A stretch of DNA of 64,000 nucleotides from Burkholderiales bacterium (GTDB taxonomy: Bacteria > Pseudomonadota > Gammaproteobacteria > Burkholderiales > SG8-39): NCBI GenBank assembly GCA_046153355.1, contig JBJXEY010000388.1, forward strand, positions 9,342 to 73,341, in the 5' to 3' direction. Positions 46,685 through 56,182 of this stretch are shown here, in pieces (the first letter of the stretch is position 1; each line of letters starts with the position of its first letter). The notes below the pieces were generated by a model. That model saw only the letters and a list, made by a program, of their open reading frames with translations. It made no database searches and was not told the DNA's origin. The position numbers were made by a program, and so were the translations under genes.

Positions 46685-47209
46685 TTACAACTGGTCGCCA
46701 AATTTTTTCTGGTAATCCAGAAGCACTTCCAACTGCACCAGTTCGCTCGAGGACTCCTGCCACTGCGGCAAGTAGATAAACGCGATCCAGCGCGTCACCA
46801 CGCCCTCGTTGTTGAAGTGCTGATGCTCGACACCGCCCGGCTTGATGGGCAGAAGTATCAGATCTCCCGCGCTCCACTCGTAGCGCTCTCCATCGCAAAT
46901 CGTCCAACCCGAACCCTCCAGCACGAAGATCACCAAGCCGCCCTGGTGACGGTGCTTGCCGCTTTGCTTCTTGATATTGGAGATGAATACGCGCCAATCC
47001 TGCAACACCGTGGGAAAGGATTCGGTGGCAAGAAAATACTCCGCGTGCGACTGGCGTGACATCTGCACGACGACGTCCGATTTCTTGATGTGAATCTTGC
47101 CCGCCTGCTGCCGATCGTGAAAATCAGCTAGTTTCTTTAAAAACTGCTCGTACAGCGCTCCGGGCAAGGGCCCGCGCTCGCGGGTTTTGGTTCTTTCCAT
47201 TTCAGCCAT
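46685..47209 (-). CDS. Cupin-domain protein (3-His site)
   Basis: SGKHRHQGG...EGSG...DGERYEW.AGD...LP...VEHQHFN. Confidence 0.85.
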   Translation of the reverse strand: MAEMERTKTRERGPLPGALYEQFLKKLADFHDRQQAGKIHIKKSDVVVQMSRQSHAEYFLATESFPTVLQDWRVFISNIKKQSGKHRHQGGLVIFVLEGSGWTICDGERYEWSAGDLILLPIKPGGVEHQHFNNEGVVTRWIAFIYLPQWQESSSELVQLEVLLDYQKKFGDQL

Positions 47210-47284
47210 GACTCACCACCTTTCGATTTTTCACCATCGACAATTCGTCGGACATGCCGCCAACATTTTTGCGCGCAAACAATT

Positions 47285-47296
47285 GGGGTACGTCCC
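47285..47296. repeat. GGGGTACGTCCC REP-like motif, copy 1
   Basis: Identical 12-mer at 48306-48317; AT-rich flanks. Confidence 0.6.
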
Positions 47297-47304
47297 TGTT
47301 TTAT

Positions 47305-48282
47305 TTATTTCTGCAAGCCGACTTTTTGCACGATTTCACTCCAATAGGGAATTTCCGCGCGGATGCGTTCGCCCAGTTCGTCGGGCGTACTGGCCGCCAG
47401 CTCCAGGCTATCTGCCGCCGCGCGATCTCTTGCTGCATTGCTGCGAAGGATGACGGCGACTTCCTGATTCAAGCGATCGACAATCGGCCGCGGCGTTTTA
47501 GCCGGCAGCACCAGGCCCATCCAAGTGGTGACATTGAAGTTCGGCACGCCGGCTTCCACCATGGTGGGCAAGGTGGGGATCGCCGGTGAGCGCTTCGGCC
47601 CGGTGTTCGCCAACGCGCGAACCTTGTTGGCGCGGATATTGGGGATGGCCGCGCCGCCGCCAGAGAACATCAAGTCCACCCTGCCCGCCAACAAATCCAC
47701 CACAGCGCCACCGGTGCCCTTGTAGGGAACGTGAAGGATATCGACAGCGGTGTTCATCTTGAATAGTTCACCGGCCAGATGCAGCGTGGTGCCAGTGCCA
47801 ATCGATGCGTAGGTGAGTTTGCCCGGTTGCGATTTCGCCAGTGCTACCAGATCCTGTACCGAATTGACCGGCACGCCGGGATGTGTCACCAGCCACAAAG
47901 GAGAAAAAAACAACAACGACACCGGCGCAAAATCGCGGCGCGAGTCGTAAGGAAGATCGCGGCGCATGGCGTTATTGAGCACCAAGCCCGAAGCGGTGGC
48001 GGCGAGCATGGTGTAGCCATCCGGCGTCGCTTTGGCCACGGCTTCCGCGCCGATGGCTTCGCTCGCGCCAGGACGGTTGATCACCACGATGGATTGCCCC
48101 AGGCGTTCGGTGAGCCCTTGCGTCACCACGCGGGCGAAGTTATCCATGAGGGCGCCGGCATCAGTGGGCACGATGACTTGTATTGAGCGACTCGGATAGG
48201 TTGCGGGGCTTTGCGCCAATGCGGTTTTAAGTAGCAAGGCGCAAAGCAACTGTGGTGCCAGCATGCGAATAGTGAACTGCAA
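47305..48282 (-). CDS. Bug/TctC substrate-binding protein
   Basis: AQSPATYPSR, NRPGA, GTTLHL and HVPYKG motifs. Confidence 0.92.
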   Translation of the reverse strand: MQFTIRMLAPQLLCALLLKTALAQSPATYPSRSIQVIVPTDAGALMDNFARVVTQGLTERLGQSIVVINRPGASEAIGAEAVAKATPDGYTMLAATASGLVLNNAMRRDLPYDSRRDFAPVSLLFFSPLWLVTHPGVPVNSVQDLVALAKSQPGKLTYASIGTGTTLHLAGELFKMNTAVDILHVPYKGTGGAVVDLLAGRVDLMFSGGGAAIPNIRANKVRALANTGPKRSPAIPTLPTMVEAGVPNFNVTTWMGLVLPAKTPRPIVDRLNQEVAVILRSNAARDRAAADSLELAASTPDELGERIRAEIPYWSEIVQKVGLQK

Positions 48283-48305
48283 TCGATCATCCCTTCCAAT
48301 TAAAT

Positions 48306-48318
48306 GGGGTACGTCCCC
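48306..48318. repeat. GGGGTACGTCCCC REP-like motif, copy 2
   Basis: Imperfect palindrome GGGG-TACGT-CCCC at the amidohydrolase stop codon. Confidence 0.6.
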
Positions 48319-49166
48319 TAATTACCGAAGCCGTAAAGCTTTGCCGGATTTTCTACCAGTATTTTTTCAAGCAATCCCTGATCGGGAACCAGGCGATAAA
48401 GCAATTCTAAAAGATCCCCGTCGTTGGGCACCTCAGGCTTGGCGTACAAAAGATGCGGCCAGTCGCTCGCCCACAGCGCGCGCGAAGGTGCGACGGCAAG
48501 CGCCGCTCGTACGTAAGGCGCGACATCACTCCATGGCGGGCCCGTTAGCGAACGTCTGTCGCCATTGGACAAAAGAATCCACCAGTTATCGCGTGTAAGC
48601 ATCTCCAATACGAAACGAAACCCGAGTTGATCAAGACCGAGAGCGAAATCCGGCGTGCCTAAATGATCAATCACCACGGGAATATCCAGCGCACGCAAGG
48701 ATTGCGCATGCCGCAGCAGATCCTCCGCGCTGCCGCCAAGTTTTACCTGCCACCCAAGCGGTCGGATGCGCTCAATGCAGCGGTTGACCATGGCCATGTC
48801 GGTGGCGCCGGAAAGTTGAAAGCGGATACCACGCACGCCCGCCCGATTCAATCGCGCGAGTTCATCATCGCTAACCGAATCATCGATCGCCGCCACACCG
48901 CGATAATTGGCTTGTCCTACAAGACTATCGGATAGCAATCGATTGTCTGTGCCGTAGACCGCGGGCTGCACGATCACCCCGCGAGAAATGCCAAGCGTAT
49001 CGTGCATACGCCGCAAGTCTGCAAAATTTGCCGCAGGCGGCTCGTAGGTCCGCTGCAACTTGGGCGGATATTTCACCGTGTCGCCGAACACGTGAAAATG
49101 GCAGTCGCAACTACCCGGTGGCGGCGGGCGGGACGGCAAGCGGGTTTCGCGGATGTGGGAAAGCAT
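48318..49166 (-). CDS. Amidohydrolase_2 family, 2-pyrone-4,6-dicarboxylate lactonase (LigI)-like
   Basis: DCHFHVFG, VQP..YGTDN, GVRGIRF, IDHLG and WASDWPH motifs. Confidence 0.85.
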   Translation of the reverse strand: MLSHIRETRLPSRPPPPGSCDCHFHVFGDTVKYPPKLQRTYEPPAANFADLRRMHDTLGISRGVIVQPAVYGTDNRLLSDSLVGQANYRGVAAIDDSVSDDELARLNRAGVRGIRFQLSGATDMAMVNRCIERIRPLGWQVKLGGSAEDLLRHAQSLRALDIPVVIDHLGTPDFALGLDQLGFRFVLEMLTRDNWWILLSNGDRRSLTGPPWSDVAPYVRAALAVAPSRALWASDWPHLLYAKPEVPNDGDLLELLYRLVPDQGLLEKILVENPAKLYGFGN

Positions 49167-49238
49167 GCGACGAGTGTAGCATTCGCATTTTGCGACGGTG
49201 GAGGTGACGTTCGCAAAATCGACCGTGGAGGAAGCAGC

Positions 49239-50255
49239 ATGAATGCGCGAGACCAGAACACACCATTGAGCGACACGCACGATACGCCGGATAAATCATT
49301 GCATCCAGTCAATGTTGCTTTTGCCGACTACGACCGCACCCGGCCACTAATTGATGGGCGCGTACAGGCGCCGGGAATCAAACTCTCCATCGACACCAAA
49401 TTCATCGCCGAGTTCTGCGCCCGTCCCGTCTATGAGGAATACGACGCGGCGGAAATGTCATTTTCCTGGTTCGTCGCGGCGCGCGCCCGCGGTGAACCCG
49501 TCATCGCGCTACCCGTATTTCCTTTGCGCATGCCGGTGTTGGCCTATGTGCTATGCCGCAACGGTGCATCTTTTACTAAGCCCTCCGATCTGATCGGTAA
49601 GCGAATTGGCGTGGCGCGTTACCGCTACACGGTCAACCTGTGGCTGCGCGGCATTTTCAAGGAGCACTACGGACTTGCACCCGAGCAAGTGACTTGGGTG
49701 ACCAGCGGCGAAGAAGACGCAGGCTATGTACCACCTCAGGGCATACACATTGAATTGAATGCAGGGCGGCTCTCCACGCAGGCGTTGCTCGCCAGAGGCG
49801 AAGTCGATGCCGTGCTGCTCGCGCGCCTGCCTGATGATTACCTGCGCGGTGAAACCGATTTTCGCCGCCTGTTCCCCGATGCGCGCGCCGAGATGCGAGC
49901 CTATTACGCTAAAACCGGCATCGTCCCGATTACCCATGTCATGGTAATGGGCCAGGCTCTGTATGACCGTGAACCGTGGATCGCCGCGAACCTCACCCAA
50001 GCATTCATCGATGCGCAGCGTATGTGTGACGATTTTTATCTGGACTGCTCTAAACACCTGTCGTATCCCGAGGCGGTGTTTTTCATGGAGGAACAGCGCG
50101 AGACCTACGGCGCCTATCCCTGGTCCCACGGCATCGATGGCAACCGCCAAAATATCGATACCTTCGTGCGTTATGCGCAGGAACAGCAATACATACCCCG
50201 TGTTCTGACCATCGAGGAAATGTTCGCAACCAATACCTTGGCATTGAAGCGATAG
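49239..50255 (+). CDS. 4,5-dihydroxyphthalate decarboxylase (OphC/Pht5)-like protein
   Basis: DYDRTRPLIDG, D.AEMS, LPVFP.R, W.RG, TG..PI.H and PW..G motifs; GGAGG RBS. Confidence 0.8.
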   Translation: MNARDQNTPLSDTHDTPDKSLHPVNVAFADYDRTRPLIDGRVQAPGIKLSIDTKFIAEFCARPVYEEYDAAEMSFSWFVAARARGEPVIALPVFPLRMPVLAYVLCRNGASFTKPSDLIGKRIGVARYRYTVNLWLRGIFKEHYGLAPEQVTWVTSGEEDAGYVPPQGIHIELNAGRLSTQALLARGEVDAVLLARLPDDYLRGETDFRRLFPDARAEMRAYYAKTGIVPITHVMVMGQALYDREPWIAANLTQAFIDAQRMCDDFYLDCSKHLSYPEAVFFMEEQRETYGAYPWSHGIDGNRQNIDTFVRYAQEQQYIPRVLTIEEMFATNTLALKR

Positions 50256-50261
50256 CCGGCC

Positions 50262-51221
50262 ATGCGCGCTACCTTCCGGTTAATTTTTATGGTTGCCGCT
50301 CTGGCGCTTAGTGTGTCCGCACCGGCGCAGGAATTCCCCAGCAAACCGATACGCATCATCGTCCCCTACCCGCCCGGTGGCGGTACTGACAGAACCGGTC
50401 GCCTGCTTGCCGAGCGATTCCAGGCGAAATGGGGTCAATCGGTATTGGTCGAGAACCGCTCTGGTGCCGGCGGCGCCGGAGCGGAATACGCGGCCAAGGC
50501 TGCACCGGATGGCTATACCCTGTTGTTCGCCGCGCAGGCGCAGTTCGTCATCGTGCAGGCACTCTACGACAAGCTCGGCTACGACCCCGATGCCATGGTG
50601 CCAATCTCCACCATCACCACCAGCCCCAATGTGCTGGTGGTGAATCCGAAAATTCCCGTGGAGAGCCTGGCAAGGTTGATCAGCTTCGCCAAGGAGAATC
50701 CGGGCAAGTTGAACTACGCCTCCACTGGCAGTGGCAGCTCGCAGCATCTGGCCGCGGAATTATTCAAATCGATGGCGGGCCTGGATATGCTGCACATCCC
50801 CTACAAAGGCACCGCACCGGCGATCACCGATCTGGTGGCGGGCCATGTGCAACTGATGTTCATGGAGATTAGCAACGCCATCACCCAGGTGAAAGCGGGA
50901 AAGCTGCGCGTGATCGCAGTGGGTGGTGAAAAGCGCCACGCCGCTTTTCCGGGTACACCCGCGCTAGTCGAAACGCTGCCCGGGTTTGTTTCCATGCAGT
51001 GGACCGGCCTTGCCGCCCCTGCGGGCACGCCGAGTGTAATCGCCGAGAAAATCTGGACCGCGACTGTCGAAGCCTTAAAACATCCCGACACCGCGCAGCG
51101 CATCCGCGAACTGAGCCTTGAAACCGTGGGCAGCACGCCGGCGGAAACCACCGCCTTCTGGAGGCAGGAGCGTGACCGTTGGGGCAAGGTGATCCGCGCA
51201 ACGGGCGCGAAAGCCGATTGA
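50262..51221 (+). CDS. Bug/TctC substrate-binding protein
   Basis: YPPGGGTD, GSSQHL and HIPYKG motifs. Confidence 0.95.
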   Translation: MRATFRLIFMVAALALSVSAPAQEFPSKPIRIIVPYPPGGGTDRTGRLLAERFQAKWGQSVLVENRSGAGGAGAEYAAKAAPDGYTLLFAAQAQFVIVQALYDKLGYDPDAMVPISTITTSPNVLVVNPKIPVESLARLISFAKENPGKLNYASTGSGSSQHLAAELFKSMAGLDMLHIPYKGTAPAITDLVAGHVQLMFMEISNAITQVKAGKLRVIAVGGEKRHAAFPGTPALVETLPGFVSMQWTGLAAPAGTPSVIAEKIWTATVEALKHPDTAQRIRELSLETVGSTPAETTAFWRQERDRWGKVIRATGAKAD

Positions 51222-51263
51222 ACTCCTCGCGGCAACCGCAATACAAACAATAGGAAACCCAAC

Positions 51264-52721
51264 ATGGCCACCGTCGCCTATAAAGACCTTCGCGAATTCA
51301 TCGAACTCGCGAAACAAATCGACAGCTACAAAATCATCGAAGGCGCCGATTGGAATGAGGAAATCGGCACGCTCACCGAAGTCACCTGCGAGCACTTTCA
51401 AGATCCGCCGCTGTTGATATTCGACAAGATTAAGGACTACCCGCCGGGCTATCGAGTGGTGGGTACGCTGATTACTTCGCACAAACGTTGGGCGCTGGCA
51501 CTGGGCTTGCCGCTGGATTGCACGCGCCTGGAGACGGCGCGCAATGCCACGCGAAAAATCAAAGCAAGCTCGCCGATCCCGCCGCGCGAGGTCAAGACCG
51601 GGCCGGTGATGGAAAACATCATGACCGGCGATGATATTGATCTTTTAAAATTTCCCGTGCCGCTGTTTCACAAGGGCGACGGCGGGCGCTACATCGGCAC
51701 CGGTTGCACCGTGATCAACAAAGATCCGGAATCGGGCTACGTCAACATGGGCACCTACCGCCTGCAGGTGCATGAAAAAAATCTCATGGGTCTTTGGATC
51801 AGCCCTGGGCAGCAGGGGCGCATCATCGCCCAGCGTTACTGGGAACGCGGCGAGAGCTGCCCCATCGTCTGCACCTTCGGCATCGACCCGCTGACTTTCA
51901 TGTCTTCCTACACCATCGTGCCCTGGGGAAAGTCGGAGCTGGATTTTGCCGGCGGCATGCGCGGCGAACCCATCGACGTGATCAAGGGGCCGCTCACCGG
52001 GTTGCCGATTCCCGCTTATGCGGAGATCGCCATCGAAGGCGAAGTGCCGCCACCCAGCGTGGAAAAACGCGCCGAAGGCCCGTTCGGTGAATGGCCGGGT
52101 TATTACTCGGGCGGCACCCAAGGCACCGGCGAAGACCAACCGGTGATCCGCGTGAAGGCCATCTATCACCGCAATGATCCAATCCTACATAACCAGACGC
52201 CCAATTGGCCGGGGGCGGTGCATACCGCCATCGACTTTCGCGCCGGGTTACTGTGGGATCAGTTGGAGTCAGCCGGCGTGCCCGGCATCAAGGGCGTCTA
52301 CATGTTCAATCCGTATTTCGTGGTGGTCTCGATCCAACAGCAATATGCCGGCCACGCCAAGCAGGCCGGACACGCCGTCATCGGCTGCGCCGCCGGTGCG
52401 CGCCAGGGCCGCTACACCGTGGTGGTGGATGAAGACATCGACCCGACCAAATTAAAAGAGGTGCTGTGGGCTATCTGGACGCGCGCCGATCCGGCAGAAG
52501 ATATCGATGCCATCGCCGGTTGTTGGAACACACCGCTCGATCCGCGCATGCCGCCGGATAAGCGCAACGCGCGCGATTACACCACCGGCCGCTGCATCAT
52601 TTATGCGGTGCGGCCCTTCGCCTGGCGCGATAAATTCCCCAAGACCAGCCGCTCCGAGCCAGAACTCAGGCGCCGCATCATGGAAAAATACAAAGATATG
52701 TTCAACTTTCCCTCGGTATAG
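51264..52721 (+). CDS. UbiD-family prFMN decarboxylase
   Basis: DLREFI, NMGTYR, EGPFGEWPGY, VVDEDID and LDP motifs. Confidence 0.92.
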   Translation: MATVAYKDLREFIELAKQIDSYKIIEGADWNEEIGTLTEVTCEHFQDPPLLIFDKIKDYPPGYRVVGTLITSHKRWALALGLPLDCTRLETARNATRKIKASSPIPPREVKTGPVMENIMTGDDIDLLKFPVPLFHKGDGGRYIGTGCTVINKDPESGYVNMGTYRLQVHEKNLMGLWISPGQQGRIIAQRYWERGESCPIVCTFGIDPLTFMSSYTIVPWGKSELDFAGGMRGEPIDVIKGPLTGLPIPAYAEIAIEGEVPPPSVEKRAEGPFGEWPGYYSGGTQGTGEDQPVIRVKAIYHRNDPILHNQTPNWPGAVHTAIDFRAGLLWDQLESAGVPGIKGVYMFNPYFVVVSIQQQYAGHAKQAGHAVIGCAAGARQGRYTVVVDEDIDPTKLKEVLWAIWTRADPAEDIDAIAGCWNTPLDPRMPPDKRNARDYTTGRCIIYAVRPFAWRDKFPKTSRSEPELRRRIMEKYKDMFNFPSV

Positions 52722-52737
52722 GTTCAACGAAAAACTC

Positions 52738-53703
52738 ATGTCATCGCAAACATTTCGCTTGTTATTCGTTGCGGGCACTTTGTTGCTCTCGACCTCGCTT
52801 GGCGCGCAGGACTACCCCAGCAAACCCATCAAGATCATCATCCCGGTGCCACCCGGCGCCGCGGTCGAACGCATGGCACGCCTAGTGGGTGATCGTTTGT
52901 CATCCGAATGGAATCAGCCGGTGGTGGTGGAGAGCCGCTCAGGCGCCGCCGGCAATATCGGCGCGGAGTTCTTCGCCAAATCCGCGCCCGATGGCTACAC
53001 CCTGATGGTGACCGCGGCCTCGGTGCTGGTGATTAACAAGAGTCTATATTCGAAGTTGACCTACAACCCAGATAACTTCGTGCCGGTAACCATCATCGCA
53101 TCGAGCCCCAATGTGCTTATGATGCATCCCAAACCGGGTATAGATAATATTCGGGAGCTTATGTCCTACGCCAAGAGTAACCCGGAAAAGTTAAACTTTG
53201 GCTCCGGCGGCAGCGGCAGCACCGCGCATCTGACCGCGGAATTGTTTACCTCCATGGCAGGCATCAAGCTCACCCACATCCCCTACAAAGGCAGCGCCCC
53301 CGCCATCACCGATTTGCTTGGCGGCCAAGTGGATATGGTGTTCATCGAACTGGGCTCGGCCCTGCCGCATGTGCGCTCAGGGAAGTTGCGCGCCCTCGCC
53401 GTCGGCAGCGAGAAACGCGCGCCGGTTTTGCCAGATGTACCCGCGATAGCCGAAGTGCTGCCCGGTTACGTTTCATCAGTGTGGTTCGGCATGGTCGCGC
53501 CGCCGGGAACGCCGGCTGCGATTGCCGGAAAACTTTCATCCTCGATTGCCGAGGGCGTAAAACAACCAGCGTTCCAAAAGCGCTTATCGGAACTTGGCGT
53601 CGACGGACGCGGCAGCACGCCCGCCGAGATGGCCTTGTTCATGAAGCAGGAGAGTGATCGCTGGGGCAAGGTGATTAAGAGTGCGGGGATTGTGCCGGAG
53701 TAA
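52738..53703 (+). CDS. Bug/TctC substrate-binding protein
   Basis: AQDYPSKP, GSTAHL and HIPYKG motifs. Confidence 0.94.
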   Translation: MSSQTFRLLFVAGTLLLSTSLGAQDYPSKPIKIIIPVPPGAAVERMARLVGDRLSSEWNQPVVVESRSGAAGNIGAEFFAKSAPDGYTLMVTAASVLVINKSLYSKLTYNPDNFVPVTIIASSPNVLMMHPKPGIDNIRELMSYAKSNPEKLNFGSGGSGSTAHLTAELFTSMAGIKLTHIPYKGSAPAITDLLGGQVDMVFIELGSALPHVRSGKLRALAVGSEKRAPVLPDVPAIAEVLPGYVSSVWFGMVAPPGTPAAIAGKLSSSIAEGVKQPAFQKRLSELGVDGRGSTPAEMALFMKQESDRWGKVIKSAGIVPE

Positions 53704-53705
53704 AT

Positions 53706-54488
53706 TTAGAGCAAGCCGCGTAAAAACGCCGCACGTTGGGATGCCCCCGCCATCAAGAAGCTTTGATCGGTACCTCCACCGATAAAGCGCATCCCCATCG
53801 AGATATATTTTTTCGCCAGCACCGGATCGTGCACACCACTCATACCGGGTGAAACGCGATGCTTCGCGCACGCGGCAATGACCCTGGCGAAAGCCTCCTC
53901 CACCTTGGGATCGCCGAATTTCCCCGGCACACCCAGTTCATCGCAAAGATCGTTGATTCCGATCAACAGAGCATTCACACCAGGCACCGCGGCAATCGCT
54001 TCGGCATGGTCGATCGCCGCGACCGATTCCAACATCGCCACCACTAGCGTTTGCTCGTTCACCTGACGCGTGGCCTCGGTTACCGGGGTGCTACGAAAAG
54101 CAAGTTGCGCCTGGATGCCCGCGTAGGAGCGCGTGCCCATAGGCGGGTACAAGCATTGCGCCACAGCACGGCGCGCGTCCTCAGGCGAATTGATATGCGG
54201 AAAGATAATTCCCTGCGCCCCCGCATCGAGCAGGCGCGACGCATGATGCGACGCTTCGCCGGGCACACGAACCAAGGGCGTAATGCCCGCCGGCAGCGCC
54301 GCGCACACGATCTGCGCCGCGGTATCGACGTCGATAGTGCTGTGCTCCATGTCGATGGAGAACCAATCGAATCCTGCGGTGACTGCCAACGCTGCAATAT
54401 CCACGGTGCGCGCCTGGCGCAGCACCATGCCCAACGCCAGTTCGCCCGCAGCAAGGCGAGATTTCGCACGATTGGGGTAAGCACTCAT
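53706..54488 (-). CDS. HpcH/HpaI class II aldolase
   Basis: GFDW..IDMEH, LVRVP, LDAGA, YPP.G.R, MLES and IGINDL; AAGGAG RBS. Confidence 0.9.
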   Translation of the reverse strand: MSAYPNRAKSRLAAGELALGMVLRQARTVDIAALAVTAGFDWFSIDMEHSTIDVDTAAQIVCAALPAGITPLVRVPGEASHHASRLLDAGAQGIIFPHINSPEDARRAVAQCLYPPMGTRSYAGIQAQLAFRSTPVTEATRQVNEQTLVVAMLESVAAIDHAEAIAAVPGVNALLIGINDLCDELGVPGKFGDPKVEEAFARVIAACAKHRVSPGMSGVHDPVLAKKYISMGMRFIGGGTDQSFLMAGASQRAAFLRGLL

Positions 54489-54570
54489 TGTTGTGACTCC
54501 TTCGTGACTCGTATCGAGGCTACTGTAACGCGGCACCTCATGCAACGCGACGCGACATCGCGCACTCGGA

Positions 54571-54586
54571 TGTGAGATTTTTCACT
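54571..54586. promoter_or_regulatory. CRP/FNR-family-like palindrome
   Basis: TGTGA-GATTTT-TCACT, one mismatch to the CRP consensus, in a divergent intergenic region. Confidence 0.4.
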
Positions 54587-54669
54587 GCAATCGTCACATA
54601 ACCTGTCGGATAATTGCTTCTCGGGAAACCGAAATGGTTTCCTTCGCCGGTTGAGAAAGGAAGTGGCCC

Positions 54670-55161
54670 ATGAAATGGATCGCGGCAGCATCGATAGTCA
54701 TCGCCATCGCGGCGGGCGTATTCGCCTATACGCGTGACCAGGCGGCCAATGCCGCGACCGCGCAGATCGCCGCATTGAAGGAGGAGGCACAGAAAGCGCA
54801 GGCGGCGAGCAAGGCGGCGCAGGCGGAACGCGATGCGCTGCGCAAGGAAACCGACGAACTCAAGCGCGCGGCGGAGGAAGCCCGCAGCGCGGCGGAGGTC
54901 GCGACGAAATTTTTTGAAGCGGAAAAAGGCGTCAGCGCGAAATTGCGCGAAGACCTGGCGATGACCACGGCGCGTCTGGCGGCGGCCGTGGCGGCGGCGC
55001 GTCAGCCGCGTGGCGCCGAACGTTTTCCGCCGGGCGTCATCCCGCCGGGGCTGGCGCCAATTCAGCCGCCGCCATTTGTGGTCCGCGCGGCGCCCGGCAA
55101 TGCCCCGGTTTCCGCGGCTGCGCCTGCGGCGTTCGCGCCCGCGGGCGCGGCCGCAAGATAA
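54670..55161 (+). CDS. Hypothetical membrane-anchored coiled-coil protein with Pro/Ala tail
   Basis: N-terminal hydrophobic helix, A/E/K/R heptads, P-rich C-terminus. Confidence 0.7.
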   Translation: MKWIAAASIVIAIAAGVFAYTRDQAANAATAQIAALKEEAQKAQAASKAAQAERDALRKETDELKRAAEEARSAAEVATKFFEAEKGVSAKLREDLAMTTARLAAAVAAARQPRGAERFPPGVIPPGLAPIQPPPFVVRAAPGNAPVSAAAPAAFAPAGAAAR

Positions 55162-55802
55162 TGCGATCAGCGTTCGCCATCGCGGCGTTTGCCGCCACAA
55201 CCTTTGCAAATGCGCAGACACCACGTTTCGAGGATGCGGTCGGCTATGAGATCTACCAGATCGTCCGCGCCAACGACGTTGCATTGAGCCCGGGTGGAAA
55301 AACCTACCACCCCACTTTCTACTCAGTCGAAACGAACAAAATCGAAGAAGTCAGGTGCGAGCGAACCGCGATCTTTGGTCTGATCACCAAGGCGAACCTG
55401 TCCGGAAACCTGCTCGTTTCGATATGCGAAAACGAAGCGAACCGCGTGCGCGCGCTGGCGCGTGACGCCAAGCGAGGGCTTTCCGCCGTCGTCACGGAAC
55501 TTCGCGCCGGAGGCGCCAAAATCGACGATGCGATGCTCGCGAAAGCAGGGTGGACCTATCAAAACATCAATGCAGCGGACGGAGAAGAACATCACTTCGC
55601 GGTGCTTCTGATCGGCCACGGCATCGATGGGCCGCAAACCATGGTGTTCGCCCCGCGCGGCGAGCGCGGCGTCATCGTGGTTCAGGCGGACGTTCGCCGT
55701 CATTGCGAAAACTACGGGTTGGATTCAAGCGCGCTGTGCGCGAATACGCGCGCCGCGCTGGCGCAACTAGGGCGAAGCGTGCTCAAACGGGTCGCGCGTT
55801 AA
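55161..55802 (+). CDS. Hypothetical secreted protein
   Basis: Signal peptide ending ANA-Q; 4 Cys; TAATG stop/start overlap with the previous gene. Confidence 0.7.
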   Translation: MRSAFAIAAFAATTFANAQTPRFEDAVGYEIYQIVRANDVALSPGGKTYHPTFYSVETNKIEEVRCERTAIFGLITKANLSGNLLVSICENEANRVRALARDAKRGLSAVVTELRAGGAKIDDAMLAKAGWTYQNINAADGEEHHFAVLLIGHGIDGPQTMVFAPRGERGVIVVQADVRRHCENYGLDSSALCANTRAALAQLGRSVLKRVAR

Positions 55803-55859
55803 AGTCGGTAGCGCGGAACCCGGCGAAGATATCTCGCCCCAATCGTCATCACCTGATGG

Positions 55860-56162
55860 CTAAATGTGGAAACGTCCCGGTAACAGCATTAATGTCATTA
55901 TTAAAGCGGCGGGGGTCACCCACATCAACGCACCGAGGGCAATAAGCAGGCAGGTCATGCTCAGCTTGAAATTGATGTCCCTGTTTCGCCAAATTGGCCT
56001 AATCCAAAAGGGCCACGTCCAATACAACGCGACGATGATCGCAAACTTAATTTGAGATGTGTTTCCAGAAAAAAGTGCCAGGCCGATTGGGCCAAGGGCG
56101 TGCAGCGTCGCAAAGAAACACACCAGATAGTGCGTCACTATGGGCCGGTAGTCCGGTTTCAT
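55860..56162 (-). CDS. Small hypothetical membrane protein
   Basis: About 100 aa with 3 hydrophobic segments; more AT-rich than its flanks. Confidence 0.5.
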   Translation of the reverse strand: MKPDYRPIVTHYLVCFFATLHALGPIGLALFSGNTSQIKFAIIVALYWTWPFWIRPIWRNRDINFKLSMTCLLIALGALMWVTPAALIMTLMLLPGRFHI

Positions 56163-56182
56163 ATTCCAAGCCATCCACGCCG

